A stretch of 64,000 nucleotides of DNA from a bacterium (GTDB lineage: Bacteria; Patescibacteriota; Minisyncoccia; Phycocordibacterales; PALSA-1337), in NCBI GenBank assembly GCA_025355565.1, contig JANXZK010000022.1, forward strand, positions 3,490 through 67,489, given 5' to 3'. Position 1 is the stretch's first letter, and each line of letters begins with the position of its first letter. The position numbers and the translations under genes are program-made. The notes under the pieces were generated by a model, which had not been told where the DNA came from, made no database searches, and saw nothing but the letters and a program-made list of their open reading frames with translations. Shown here one piece after another: positions 36,106-46,048 of the stretch.

Positions 36106-36162
36106 AAGATCGTTAGATTAAAATACCCCCGTCTCAGTTTTTGACCGATGACGAGGGGATGG

Positions 36163-36558
36163 TCACGATGCGTCAGTACGCGCCTCTTCGATCCATTGTT
36201 TGACGCGCTCAGTGTCGTTTAGATCTTGATACAATGTTATTAGCTCATCGAACATCGTCGCTCTCTTCCAGTACTGTGGAAGGCTGCTTCCATTTGCACT
36301 GGGTTTCCTGAGCTCGCGTTCGATGGGTGTCATATGCGAGATGAGGTCGAGTCGCTTTTTCGGAACATCGGTGGATCCCGTATACTTTGTTACCTCGGTA
36401 ATTTTCACGATAGGTATCACTGCAACCAGTCGGATTCGATCGCAGCCAATGAAATGTACGGATTCAATTTGGCCGGCGTAAGTGATAAGTTCAGATTTGC
36501 CAGCATTGACTTCGGTCACCTCTAATAGAAATGAGGTGTATGTGCACGGGCTTGGCAT
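36163..36558 (-). CDS. hypothetical protein
   Basis: 131-aa ORF convergent with rsmI. No family recognised. Confidence 0.3.
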   Translation of the reverse strand: MPSPCTYTSFLLEVTEVNAGKSELITYAGQIESVHFIGCDRIRLVAVIPIVKITEVTKYTGSTDVPKKRLDLISHMTPIERELRKPSANGSSLPQYWKRATMFDELITLYQDLNDTERVKQWIEEARTDAS

Positions 36559-36647
36559 ATATTTTAGCTTACCTCCTTTCTGCCGCTATACTATCATTGT
36601 TGGCGGTCTTCCACAAATCATTGTTTGACTGTACAATGTGAACACTC

Positions 36648-36887
36648 ATGTCTAAACGTCAGGTCATCATGATAGTTAGTGTGATAATCGCTGCCATTCA
36701 ATTTCTCGGTTTTCCTAGTGCGTGGGATAAATTTTTTACTTTTGTTGCAGGTATCGTCATATTAGGAATCGCTTATCGTATGATGCCAAAAGTGAAAACT
36801 CCTGACGCTCGATCATTACCATATATGGATTACAAGAGAGGGGAGACGGCGACTATTACAAACCCAAATACAGAACAAACACAATGA
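36648..36887 (+). CDS. small membrane protein, hypothetical
   Basis: 79 aa with two hydrophobic helices. Its end overlaps the start of the downstream gene (translational coupling). Confidence 0.3.
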   Translation: MSKRQVIMIVSVIIAAIQFLGFPSAWDKFFTFVAGIVILGIAYRMMPKVKTPDARSLPYMDYKRGETATITNPNTEQTQ

Positions 36888-38074
36888 GAAAATTGTGGAA
36901 TGACACCGGCGCTACACGTATCGTGGCGATCCTACTCGGTGCATGCCTCATCTTTGTCGGTGTTGTTGTCATTTTTTCGATCTTGCCATTGGGAAAAGTT
37001 AAGTATAGATATATACCCGAGACATCGATCGTATCAACAACGACGCCAAAGGAGATCGTCACTCATATGAGGACGCCTGATCCATTGAAAGCGGTATACA
37101 TGAGCAGTTGGGCGGCTGGTAACGAGAAATTTCGTGCACATCTGTTCGATCTCGTTGACACTACTGAAGTGAACGCGGTCGTCATAGATGTCAAGGACTT
37201 CTCTGGCAGGATAAGTTTTCCAGTTGACGATCCGCGACTCATAAAGATCGGTTCTGCGCAAAATCGTATTTCTGATGTAAAGGATTTCATCATGAGATTG
37301 CATGAGAAAAACATCTATGTCATTGCGCGTATCTCGTCATTCCAGGATTCGTTCCTGATAAAAAATCATCCAGAGCTGTCGGTCAAGACGAGATCGGGCG
37401 CAATCTGGCAAGATTACAAGGGCGTGAAATGGTTGGATGCTGGGGCTCAGCCTGTGTGGGATTACTTAGTGGCGATAGGTGAACAGTCGTATGCTCTGGG
37501 CTTCGATGAATTGAATTTTGATTATATCAGGTATCCTTCTGACGGTAATCTCGAAGACATTTCTTACTCCTGGAGTAATGGGAGAACACGTAGAGAAGTG
37601 ATGCACGATTTTTTCTTGTATCTGCGCGAACAACTGGCCTCGACGTCAGTTCCGTTATCTGCTGACCTGTTCGGTCTCACGACGAGTTCCAATGACGATC
37701 TGGGCATCGGTCAAGTCCTTACCGATGCTCTGCCATATTTTGACTATGTGTCGCCGATGGTTTATCCGTCACATTTTTCGACTGGATATCTCGGTTTTGA
37801 GAAACCGGCGATACATCCTTATGATGTCGTAAAGTTCGCGATGATGACAGCAGTGAATCGTGTTATCGCCGCTTCGTCTTCACCGTCAAAACTACGTCCA
37901 TGGCTTCAGGCTTTTGATCTTGGAGCCACTTATACTCCGGCAATGGTTCGTGCACAGATACAGGCGACCAATGATGTCGGATTGTCCAGTTGGATGCTGT
38001 GGGATGCGGCTTGTATCTATGATAAGAATGATTTCGTAGCAAAGGAGGGGAGTAGTACGGCGGAGATTAACTGA
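36884..38074 (+). CDS. membrane-anchored putative glycoside hydrolase-like TIM-barrel protein (GHL10/DUF4015-like)
   Basis: N-terminal transmembrane anchor. KAVYMSSWAAGNEKFRAHLFDLVDTTEVNAVVIDVKD and GFDELNFDYIRYP resemble the GH-like family common in CPR genomes. Confidence 0.5.
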   Translation: MRKLWNDTGATRIVAILLGACLIFVGVVVIFSILPLGKVKYRYIPETSIVSTTTPKEIVTHMRTPDPLKAVYMSSWAAGNEKFRAHLFDLVDTTEVNAVVIDVKDFSGRISFPVDDPRLIKIGSAQNRISDVKDFIMRLHEKNIYVIARISSFQDSFLIKNHPELSVKTRSGAIWQDYKGVKWLDAGAQPVWDYLVAIGEQSYALGFDELNFDYIRYPSDGNLEDISYSWSNGRTRREVMHDFFLYLREQLASTSVPLSADLFGLTTSSNDDLGIGQVLTDALPYFDYVSPMVYPSHFSTGYLGFEKPAIHPYDVVKFAMMTAVNRVIAASSSPSKLRPWLQAFDLGATYTPAMVRAQIQATNDVGLSSWMLWDAACIYDKNDFVAKEGSSTAEIN

Positions 38075-38221
38075 TCTATACATGATTTATACACATCTTG
38101 CGTAATGCCAGATAAGTGGTAGTATTTTGTTTGGATAAATTGTCTTCGCGTAAACCGTTCCAGTCTTTTAGTTCCTCACGGTGTGCGTGATAAATCGTAG
38201 TTCAAAAGAAGAAAACAACAT

Positions 38222-38443
38222 ATGGCAAAAGTAACATTGCTCGACGGAAGTAAGGCAAAGTTGAATGGAGCTCAAGCATCAGTAGTGCTCGGGTCACGTC
38301 GTAGGTTTAAAGACCAGGCTGAACTCGGCGCATTTCTCGGTAAAAACGCCGATCTGATCGATAGTCGTCGTCCAGCTTCGCGCTGGATGATCGTGGCCGC
38401 AGTCCAGCAAAGATCGGCGGTGATGCCTGTCAACACGGCATAA
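38222..38443 (+). CDS. hypothetical small protein (uncertain)
   Basis: 73-aa ORF followed by a strong terminator at 38482-38519. Weak RBS. Could instead be a small RNA. Confidence 0.2.
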   Translation: MAKVTLLDGSKAKLNGAQASVVLGSRRRFKDQAELGAFLGKNADLIDSRRPASRWMIVAAVQQRSAVMPVNTA

Positions 38444-38481
38444 CCGATAGTTGCTTGAAAAGGTTGTTTACTTAATAAGGC

Positions 38482-38519
38482 CCCCACAAACTCGATCTCT
38501 GGAGCTTGTGGGGGTTTTG
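38482..38519 (+). terminator. rho-independent terminator
   Basis: CCCCCACAA / TTGTGGGGG is a 9-bp stem with a 15-nt loop, followed by TTTT. Confidence 0.5.
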
Positions 38520-38563
38520 ATTTATATATGGTACAATATTTCCAAGTTATATAAGTAAAATGT

Positions 38564-40339
38564 TTGATCATAGCTCATTCCATGGACGAAAATCGCATCA
38601 CATATTTCGCGCAGACTGACGCTCGTAACAAGCGAGTGAAATTTGGCATCAAAGCCAAGGATCGAACTAGACATGTTTATGTGATCGGAAAGACGGGTAT
38701 GGGTAAGTCCACCATGCTCGAGAATATGGCCGTGCAAGACATCCAAAACGGCGAGGGGATGTGTTTTATCGATCCACATGGAAAGACTGCCGACCTCATG
38801 CTCGAATATGTCCCCAAGGAGCGTATCAGAGATGTGATATATATCGCGCCATTCGATATCGAGCACCCGATCTCATTTAATGTGCTCGAATCAGTCGATC
38901 CAGACAAGCGTCATCTAGTGTCATCGGGACTCATGAGTACATTCAAGAAGATCTGGGAGGACGCCTGGTCCGCTCGTATGGAATATATTTTGACCAATAC
39001 TTTGCTCGCCCTCCTCGAATATCCAGGCGCGACATTGCTCGGTGTGAATAGGATGCTTTCGGATAAAGCGTACAGAACAGAAGTCGTGAACAATATCAAG
39101 GACCCTTCCGTAAAAGCCTTTTGGCAAAAAGAATTTGCCAATTATACCGAGAGACAAGCGGCAGAAGCAGTACCAGCTATACAGAACAAAGTCGGTCAAT
39201 TCACCGCAAATCCGCTCATCCGCAACATGATCGGTCAGTCTGAGTCGTCATTTGATTTCCGCGAAGCGATCGATCACAGAAAGATCGTCATCATCAACTT
39301 GTCAAAGGGAAGGATAGGCGATGAGAATATGAAGCTTCTCGGAGGTCTATTGGTGACGAAGATCTATCTCGCCGCTATGTCTCGAGCTGATGTTCCGGAT
39401 AGGACGATGCAGATGTTGCCAAATTTTTACTTATACGTCGACGAGTTTCAAAATTTCGCCAATGCTTCGTTCGCCGATATCCTATCAGAAGCTCGCAAAT
39501 ACAAACTGAATCTGACGATCGCTCATCAGTATGTCGAGCAGATGGATGAGATCGTGCGTCCGGCAGTTTTCGGCAACGTTGGAACGATGATCGCATTTCG
39601 CGTCGGCGCTACGGATGCAGAGCTCATGGAAAAGGAGTTTGCTCCGCAATTCGTCATCGAAGATCTGGTCAACCTCGGTTTCGCGCAAATATATCTGAAA
39701 TTGATGATCGATGGCCTATCATCAGCTCCGTTCTCCGCGACTACGCTGCCACCGATATCGCATCCAGATCATTCATTTGTGAAAGACATCATCGCGGCGT
39801 CACGTGAGCAATTCTCCAGACCTAGAGCGGAAGTGGAGGAGGCGGTAATCAGATTCCACAATCCTGTGGTGGCCAAGACCCGTGAGGAAGTTCCCCCGAA
39901 ACGAATGGTGTCGACTTCTGCTGAAGTTGCACCTCGTTCTCCTTCGGTCCAGAGACACGATTCTGCTGAATCGCCGTCGCTCAGTCCGAAAGTCGTTTCT
40001 GTGGAACCTCCTCACAGGTCTTCCGTTTCAGGATCCGTTAAGCTATCGACTCCAGCACAGCCACCAATCCAAGTATCGACACAGGCAGCAATCCATGCAC
40101 CGGTCCACAAACCTTTTGCGCCAGTCAGTCTTTCAAATCTTGCGCCAAAGGTGGAAGCACGCGTGCCGAAGGTAGATCCGAAAGTGCCGACGAAACAGAA
40201 TGTGAGCGACCTAAAGAATGCATTGGCGGCGGTTATGAAAAAAAGTTCTGCCAAAACGGCTCCAAAAGTTACGCCTTCAAAAGATCATCCAGAAGAGATC
40301 TCTGAGGACGTATTGCGCAACGTTTTGAATGTTGATTAG
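38564..40339 (+). CDS. P-loop ATPase of the DUF87 / HerA-VirB4-VirD4 (TraG/TrwB-like) superfamily with a disordered Pro/Ser/Val/Lys-rich C-terminal tail
   Basis: Walker A VIGKTGMGKST, CFIDPHGK, and a Walker B-like LYVDEFQNF. No N-terminal transmembrane segment. The last 150 aa are low complexity. Confidence 0.6.
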   Translation: MIIAHSMDENRITYFAQTDARNKRVKFGIKAKDRTRHVYVIGKTGMGKSTMLENMAVQDIQNGEGMCFIDPHGKTADLMLEYVPKERIRDVIYIAPFDIEHPISFNVLESVDPDKRHLVSSGLMSTFKKIWEDAWSARMEYILTNTLLALLEYPGATLLGVNRMLSDKAYRTEVVNNIKDPSVKAFWQKEFANYTERQAAEAVPAIQNKVGQFTANPLIRNMIGQSESSFDFREAIDHRKIVIINLSKGRIGDENMKLLGGLLVTKIYLAAMSRADVPDRTMQMLPNFYLYVDEFQNFANASFADILSEARKYKLNLTIAHQYVEQMDEIVRPAVFGNVGTMIAFRVGATDAELMEKEFAPQFVIEDLVNLGFAQIYLKLMIDGLSSAPFSATTLPPISHPDHSFVKDIIAASREQFSRPRAEVEEAVIRFHNPVVAKTREEVPPKRMVSTSAEVAPRSPSVQRHDSAESPSLSPKVVSVEPPHRSSVSGSVKLSTPAQPPIQVSTQAAIHAPVHKPFAPVSLSNLAPKVEARVPKVDPKVPTKQNVSDLKNALAAVMKKSSAKTAPKVTPSKDHPEEISEDVLRNVLNVD

Positions 40340-40382
40340 TTTGAGAGGACAGGTGTGAGAGATTATGATCGATCTCTGCTAC

Positions 40383-41225
40383 TCAAGTGCGTATATAAAC
40401 AAACAAGATCCGTAGATATGCCTTGGCTATTCCAAGCATAGGTCTCGGATATTTTTGACTGTTCTTGCGTACGATCTCTAGGATCTCGCGCGCGACAGTG
40501 AGCCGTTTCTTTTTTGTTATATTTTCACCGTGAATCCTATATCCTGATAATACCTGCGGAATATTGGTGAACTTATGCTTATTGCCGATCTTTAGCCATA
40601 GATCATAATCATCGCATATCTTGTATTCCGTCGAATAACCCTGAGCTTCGAGCGCAGCGGATTTGCGATATAACAATGTCGATTGCGCGAATGGGTTGTA
40701 TTGCAGGATGATGTTTCGGATAAGCGAATCATAGATAGGGAATAGGACTTTTTTCAACGGCTTTGAATCGATGTCGATATGCATGATGCCCCCGCCTAGC
40801 ATGGCGTAATCGGGATTTTCATCGAGGAACTCCACCTGTTTTCGGAGCTTTTCTCTGTCGAGCCAGACGTCGTCAGAGTCTAGTGGAGCTATGTAAGGGG
40901 CGCGAGCGAGGGAGAGGGCTCTGTTTCGTGTTGCGGCGATGCCGAGATTCTTTTCATTCTTGATGATGCGGATCCTCGGGTCATGTCCAAATCCACTGGC
41001 CTTTTCCGTCGTTTTGTCGGTCGATCCATCGTCTATGATGATGAGCTCGTAGTCTTCAAATGATTGGGCCAGTACGCTGCGGATGCTCTCCGCGATGAAT
41101 CTCTCGCGGTTGTAGGCGGGCATGATGACGGAGACTTTGGGTGTGTGAGTGTTGCTCGCACCCTTCCGTTTCTCGCTATTTGATTGGTGATTTTGTGTGG
41201 GCATGGGAGTTTGGTCGGTTGCCAA
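40383..41225 (-). CDS. glycosyltransferase family 2
   Basis: VSVIMPAYNRERFIAESIRSVLAQSFEDYELIIIDDGSTD is the GT2 N-terminal signature, with a DxD motif. Confidence 0.8.
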   Translation of the reverse strand: MATDQTPMPTQNHQSNSEKRKGASNTHTPKVSVIMPAYNRERFIAESIRSVLAQSFEDYELIIIDDGSTDKTTEKASGFGHDPRIRIIKNEKNLGIAATRNRALSLARAPYIAPLDSDDVWLDREKLRKQVEFLDENPDYAMLGGGIMHIDIDSKPLKKVLFPIYDSLIRNIILQYNPFAQSTLLYRKSAALEAQGYSTEYKICDDYDLWLKIGNKHKFTNIPQVLSGYRIHGENITKKKRLTVAREILEIVRKNSQKYPRPMLGIAKAYLRILFVYIRT

Positions 41226-41261
41226 GATTCTTTTGTTGGCACATGTGGATGTAGCATTGAT

Positions 41262-42149
41262 CTATAGACGTATCCATGAATTAGGAATGATGTCACGGTA
41301 ATTTCTTTCGTCTTTCTGTGTCCATCTTTTTGGAGCTATCACAATCTTATCACTTTTTTTGTCGAGCCAAGCACCCCACCAGCTGAATGATGAATTGGCA
41401 ATGATGTGGTGGTTGCATAGACTCATGAGATACATTTCCTCGTAGTCAGGGATCAGAGGGGATGAAACATAAGTAGTGGGGTATTGAAACAGCATATTTT
41501 CCATTACCCAATCAATGTCATCGGAAAAAACAAATAGGTGAATGCCCGTGCCGATCTTTGAAGTGATATATTCGATAGCTTTGGAATAGTAGTCAGCATC
41601 ACATGTCCCATGATATTGATTGGTATTCAGGTCGGAAACATAATCGCCTCGGCGGACGTGCAGTGAGACACTGTGATCTGTTTTATTTATCAATCCGCTC
41701 ATATTCAGAGTTTTGGCGCTGAATGGAACGATAATTTTTAGATCATTCCGAATCTGCTGTTCCTTATCCATAAAATATTTTTGTGTTTGAAAGAATCCAT
41801 CGAGATACAGGTCTTTTCTTTTTGTGGCAAATATTTCTTCATTGAATCCGATATTGTATTGATGAAAGGATTTCGCTCTAACGAATCTCAATCCCTTTGA
41901 AATAATGCCGTATGGATATTTGGAGGCTCTGATCTCCTCTGGGGTCGCAATATCTGCCTTTATGTTAAATGTAGATAGGGAATAATGTCGCATGGTGTCG
42001 ATGCCGTTATGTTCTCCATAGCCTGCGACGTCCAATTTTAGTTGCGTAGCGCTGCCATTCTGATCTTTTTGTCGCAGCGAGAGTGCCCTTCCTGTCGCGT
42101 ACTGGAAGATTTGATTACCAAGACCGCCTTTCAGGTTTATTATGATCAT
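41262..42149 (-). CDS. glycosyltransferase family 11 (alpha-1,2-fucosyltransferase-like)
   Basis: The N-terminal IINLKGGLGNQIFQYATGRAL is GT11 motif I. Confidence 0.8.
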   Translation of the reverse strand: MIIINLKGGLGNQIFQYATGRALSLRQKDQNGSATQLKLDVAGYGEHNGIDTMRHYSLSTFNIKADIATPEEIRASKYPYGIISKGLRFVRAKSFHQYNIGFNEEIFATKRKDLYLDGFFQTQKYFMDKEQQIRNDLKIIVPFSAKTLNMSGLINKTDHSVSLHVRRGDYVSDLNTNQYHGTCDADYYSKAIEYITSKIGTGIHLFVFSDDIDWVMENMLFQYPTTYVSSPLIPDYEEMYLMSLCNHHIIANSSFSWWGAWLDKKSDKIVIAPKRWTQKDERNYRDIIPNSWIRL

Positions 42150-42152
42150 AGA

Positions 42153-43055
42153 TTATTGTAATAAATCTTTGACTAGATTTAATTTTTCTCTTGGCAAAAA
42201 GAGTATGTTTGTGTATGTATAAGAGGATTTTATATCGCATCTTTCTATGAAACCAGAATCAGACATATTGTATGACTCATAGTTCGCTTTGAGTAATAGG
42301 TCAGATGATATTTTTCTGTTTTCTGACCATTTATCGTCACCGGCCATTTCCAGTGTTATGAGAGGTCGTGACGTTTTCAGTGTTTCTTTCAGGCCTGCAA
42401 TGATCTTGTATTCCAGTCCTTCTGCATCTAATTTTATAAAATCCGGTGTTATCGAGCGCTGTTTGAAGAATTCGTCGAGCCTGATGGTTTTGGCGACGAT
42501 CTTTTTCGGTTCAAAATTTAATATCGTGCCTTCTTTGCTAGCACTGTTGTATGCTCCATATCCAGGGCCATAATCAGAAAATGAAGTTTCACCATCTTGA
42601 TCGGATGCTGCAATGTTGAAAGTGTAAACGTTGTGCTTATCTTTTATATTTTCTTTGAGTAGCTCATAGGTCCATGGCGTCGGCTCGAATGCGCAGACTT
42701 TTCCTATATTTCCCGTGAGATTGCTAGCCAGCATGGAATAGAAACCTATGTGGGCGCCAACATCAATAAAGGTTGATCCTTCTTTAAGGTACCGTAATAA
42801 GAATGCTGCCAGGTTGGCCTCGCAGTAGCCATAATAATAAAAAGTATTTGCTTCAGGCAAATAGCCTATCATCTTGTCTCCCCAAAGTGTTGCGAAAGTG
42901 ATTTTGTAAGGTTTGAGGTGGCTCGCGGCTGCTAGAATATAATATGGGAGCGTACGAAAAGGTTTTCTTAGCAACCTCGAGATTCGATTCATAGATCGGA
43001 GTTTTTCATTGCAGAATATCTCATTAAGTATGTTATTTTTCTGTATATGATCCAT
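42153..43055 (-). CDS. FkbM-family methyltransferase
   Basis: FIDVGAHIGFYSMLAS SAM-binding motif and FkbM-type architecture. Confidence 0.75.
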   Translation of the reverse strand: MDHIQKNNILNEIFCNEKLRSMNRISRLLRKPFRTLPYYILAAASHLKPYKITFATLWGDKMIGYLPEANTFYYYGYCEANLAAFLLRYLKEGSTFIDVGAHIGFYSMLASNLTGNIGKVCAFEPTPWTYELLKENIKDKHNVYTFNIAASDQDGETSFSDYGPGYGAYNSASKEGTILNFEPKKIVAKTIRLDEFFKQRSITPDFIKLDAEGLEYKIIAGLKETLKTSRPLITLEMAGDDKWSENRKISSDLLLKANYESYNMSDSGFIERCDIKSSYTYTNILFLPREKLNLVKDLLQ

Positions 43056-43067
43056 TATATTTGAATA

Positions 43068-44147
43068 TTATATCTTATCAATACTTGGTTTTTGTTGATT
43101 GCTGATAGTATCATAAAAATAGGTATTAAGAATATGTTCGGAGGTCGACTTTTTATTATTCAGATTGGCATATATGTTTATCCATTCAAGAAAAGACATC
43201 TCTTGGTCATTTCTTATAACCTTATATTCCAAACGGCGATATTCACGCTCTCGTGCATATTTATGCCAATAAATATCAATGCTTTGTGAATCAAAAATGC
43301 AAAAAAATTTGCTATAACAGTACCAGCTATCGGCAATAGTCCACGACATTTCATGCCCGATATTTTCAAGATAGTTTGCGGATAGGTATACCTCGGCAAG
43401 CCTAGCTTTGGACCAATCGCCAACAGTTTTGTTCGGAGGGTAAATTTCTCGAATATCTTGATCGATCTCCCAATATTTGATCACATCATCAGTTCGGCCA
43501 AACATTACCTGATCTGTCAGACTGTATGGACGATATTTGAATGTATTTAAGCTTGGGAAGGCGAGTCTCATCTTCTGTCTTGGATTATCTGATGGAAAAA
43601 CTTTGATAAGATTTACCAAGAAGTCTATAGCATTTGGATTGTATATTCGCAGATCAGTTCTCGTTTTAAGAATGAAATCAAAATCGAGTTCCTTTGCTCT
43701 TTTGGTAGCACTGAGGGTGGATGTAACCTGGTAATTAATATTAGCAATACCAGGCCGCGGAGGTTTCATGTTTAATATTATTTCGATATTTTCACATCGA
43801 ATTTTTCGTAAATATTCCGGATCCTCATCATCCCATGTCGATAGTAGTATTTTACAGTTAGAATATATTTTTTTATAAAGTCTGATCGTTTCCAGGGTGA
43901 ACTGATCTTTTCTGAGAAGTGGCCCCTGGATGATGATCAACACCTTGGGATGTACTATTAATGAATCTGCCACCGAGTTATTTTCTGATGCCAATTTTGG
44001 TCTTAGATGATAAGTAAAGTATTTGTTAGATATATATTCTATGAGATTTAGTGCAGCGACTCTGCAGTTTATAGATTTTATACATGTTCTGATATTATTC
44101 ATATTTTTGTTATGAGCTGTTTCAGTAAATTGGGGTAATCTGTGCAT
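43068..44147 (-). CDS. hypothetical polysaccharide-biosynthesis protein (WavE-like?)
   Basis: 359-aa ORF inside the glycan locus. Weak resemblance to LPS or capsule biosynthesis proteins of unknown function. Confidence 0.35.
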   Translation of the reverse strand: MHRLPQFTETAHNKNMNNIRTCIKSINCRVAALNLIEYISNKYFTYHLRPKLASENNSVADSLIVHPKVLIIIQGPLLRKDQFTLETIRLYKKIYSNCKILLSTWDDEDPEYLRKIRCENIEIILNMKPPRPGIANINYQVTSTLSATKRAKELDFDFILKTRTDLRIYNPNAIDFLVNLIKVFPSDNPRQKMRLAFPSLNTFKYRPYSLTDQVMFGRTDDVIKYWEIDQDIREIYPPNKTVGDWSKARLAEVYLSANYLENIGHEMSWTIADSWYCYSKFFCIFDSQSIDIYWHKYAREREYRRLEYKVIRNDQEMSFLEWINIYANLNNKKSTSEHILNTYFYDTISNQQKPSIDKI

Positions 44148-44956
44148 ATCGCATCTGGTTTAAGCAATAATATATTATCTATTCTTTTTCTGAGTTTAGC
44201 AAAGTCTCGAGCGTCCTGGTGAGATTCGTTTTTCAGAAGTCCTGGAGAAGATCCGTGAAGTTCAGGACTGACAATGGCGATTTTCAATTGCTTATCGCGT
44301 AACCTTTCGATAGTATTGAAGGTATATAATTCTTTTGTTCCGCCGTCAATATCCGATCTGTCCCATTCGTCTAACCAAACCCAGTTGAACAATTGGTCAA
44401 ATTGTAATACATCATCAACGGACATCAGAGTTCCACCTACAGCCGCATTGTATCTAAATATGTCATACTTGTGCGCTACCGAAGGGGCTAGGCAAATTGT
44501 TGGTAGGCGTTGTTTTAAATAAATGGCTGTTTCAGGTATCAGATCGAAAATGACCAATCTACTGAGTGTCTGCGGTTGTGTCTCCAAGGAGGATATTAAT
44601 ATGTTAAGATGTTTTTCATTTTGAAACTTACTTTTGAGATGCAACGCATTCAGAGGAGAAGTGCTTCTGAGAATCAACGCCAATAACTCTTCTAAATCGC
44701 AAAAATGTCCTTTCGGTAGATTAATATCTCGTATTTCTTTTGAGGTCATCTCAGAAAGCCTTTTTTGACCTACTTGTGGCACAAATCTTTTCAAGTTATC
44801 ATCATGGAATGTTATAAGCTTATCATCTTTTGAGATAATAATATCAAATTCTATTCCAAAACCCCTCGCAAGTTGATCAGAGAATGCCTCTATAGTACTT
44901 TCAGTAAAAAAAGACACATTCTCTGGTTCTAAACCTCGATGAGTCAGAATCTGCAT
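44099..44956 (-). CDS. glycerophosphodiester phosphodiesterase family protein (GDPD)
   Basis: MQILTHRGLEPEN...ESTIEAFSDQLARGFGIEFDIIISKDDKLITFHDDNL matches the GP-PDE catalytic motif pattern (HRG...E.DV....DG.....HD). Confidence 0.7.
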   Translation of the reverse strand: MQILTHRGLEPENVSFFTESTIEAFSDQLARGFGIEFDIIISKDDKLITFHDDNLKRFVPQVGQKRLSEMTSKEIRDINLPKGHFCDLEELLALILRSTSPLNALHLKSKFQNEKHLNILISSLETQPQTLSRLVIFDLIPETAIYLKQRLPTICLAPSVAHKYDIFRYNAAVGGTLMSVDDVLQFDQLFNWVWLDEWDRSDIDGGTKELYTFNTIERLRDKQLKIAIVSPELHGSSPGLLKNESHQDARDFAKLRKRIDNILLLKPDAICTDYPNLLKQLITKI

Positions 44957-44962
44957 GTAAAT

Positions 44963-45709
44963 TTATATCTTAATCTTACCTACTTCAAGTTTATTGACGA
45001 ATGCTTTCAGATCTTCTGGTGTTCCTAGACCATGCATCTTGCTGATTTCGATATCGTATATACCAACATTCTTGTTGTTTAATATCAGCTCATTATAAGT
45101 CGGACACACATAAAACTCGTTATTAAAACGGATATTTTTTTCGATCATGTTCTGGGCACTTTGCACGAAATCTGACCCTTTCTTATAATAGTATATGCCG
45201 ACTGTGGCTTTGTCAGATATAACCTTCTTCTCCGCAACTTCGATAACTAATCCTTTAGCGTCGATACGGGCGTAACTCCATTTCGGGTGAGAAGAGGGGA
45301 ATGTCATTATCAGCCCGTCACAGCTCTTTTGTTGTCCATGTTTAATGAATGCGTCTATGTTGGTTTCGACGAACTGGTCCGAGTTTGCGATCAGCAGATC
45401 GTTATCGTCGTTGATGAATCTCATCGCAGTCAAAACAGTACAGGCCGCTCCTTCCGTTATTCCATCGATCTGGATGACTTCAAACTTGTTACGCGTAGCG
45501 TTTTTTAGGACATTGAAAAAATCATACTTGTCATAATGTTCTTTTTGGCAAATGAAGATGAATCTGTGGTTGCATTTTGGTCGCAGATTGTTCACGACCA
45601 CCTCTATCATTGTCTTACTTTTGATCTCGATCAGTGGTTTAGGAAATGCATAACCAGCATCCTTGAACCTCGAACCTCTGCCTGCCATAGGAATTACTAT
45701 ATTTAACAT
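44963..45709 (-). CDS. sugar/alcohol-phosphate nucleotidyltransferase (LicC/IspD-like NTP-transferase)
   Basis: LNIVIPMAGRGSRF...FPKPL is the nucleotidyltransferase G-x-G-T-R-like motif. Confidence 0.6.
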   Translation of the reverse strand: MLNIVIPMAGRGSRFKDAGYAFPKPLIEIKSKTMIEVVVNNLRPKCNHRFIFICQKEHYDKYDFFNVLKNATRNKFEVIQIDGITEGAACTVLTAMRFINDDNDLLIANSDQFVETNIDAFIKHGQQKSCDGLIMTFPSSHPKWSYARIDAKGLVIEVAEKKVISDKATVGIYYYKKGSDFVQSAQNMIEKNIRFNNEFYVCPTYNELILNNKNVGIYDIEISKMHGLGTPEDLKAFVNKLEVGKIKI

Positions 45710-45721
45710 GTTAGTTTGATA

Positions 45722-46045
45722 TTATTGGATAATGTATTTATCATTCCTGGCAGATGGGGTCTTGATCACGGCGGTGTAGCCAGATTCGAGGCATTTGAAT
45801 TTAGATGATTCGCCTGGTTCGAGTAGTACGATATCTCCCTCGGATAATACGTCACTGTTCATATAGAATTTTCCAGTAATTATGACCGAGATCTCTTTTG
45901 CAATAGCGTGATAATGCCGTTCTTCTTCATCTCCAGTCTGATATTTCTTTATGCCAAATTCGAATTTATCTGTTTTCAATACACTGGGTTCAAAATCACC
46001 TACTAACCAGCCTCTAGTAAAGTCCTTTAATCGTTGTATTTTCAT
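45722..46045 (-). CDS. cupin-domain protein
   Basis: 107 aa containing the His-containing segment ERHYHAIAKEISVIITG. Candidate sugar-nucleotide isomerase (WxcM-like) or regulator. Confidence 0.45.
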   Translation of the reverse strand: MKIQRLKDFTRGWLVGDFEPSVLKTDKFEFGIKKYQTGDEEERHYHAIAKEISVIITGKFYMNSDVLSEGDIVLLEPGESSKFKCLESGYTAVIKTPSARNDKYIIQ

Positions 46046-46048
46046 ATA

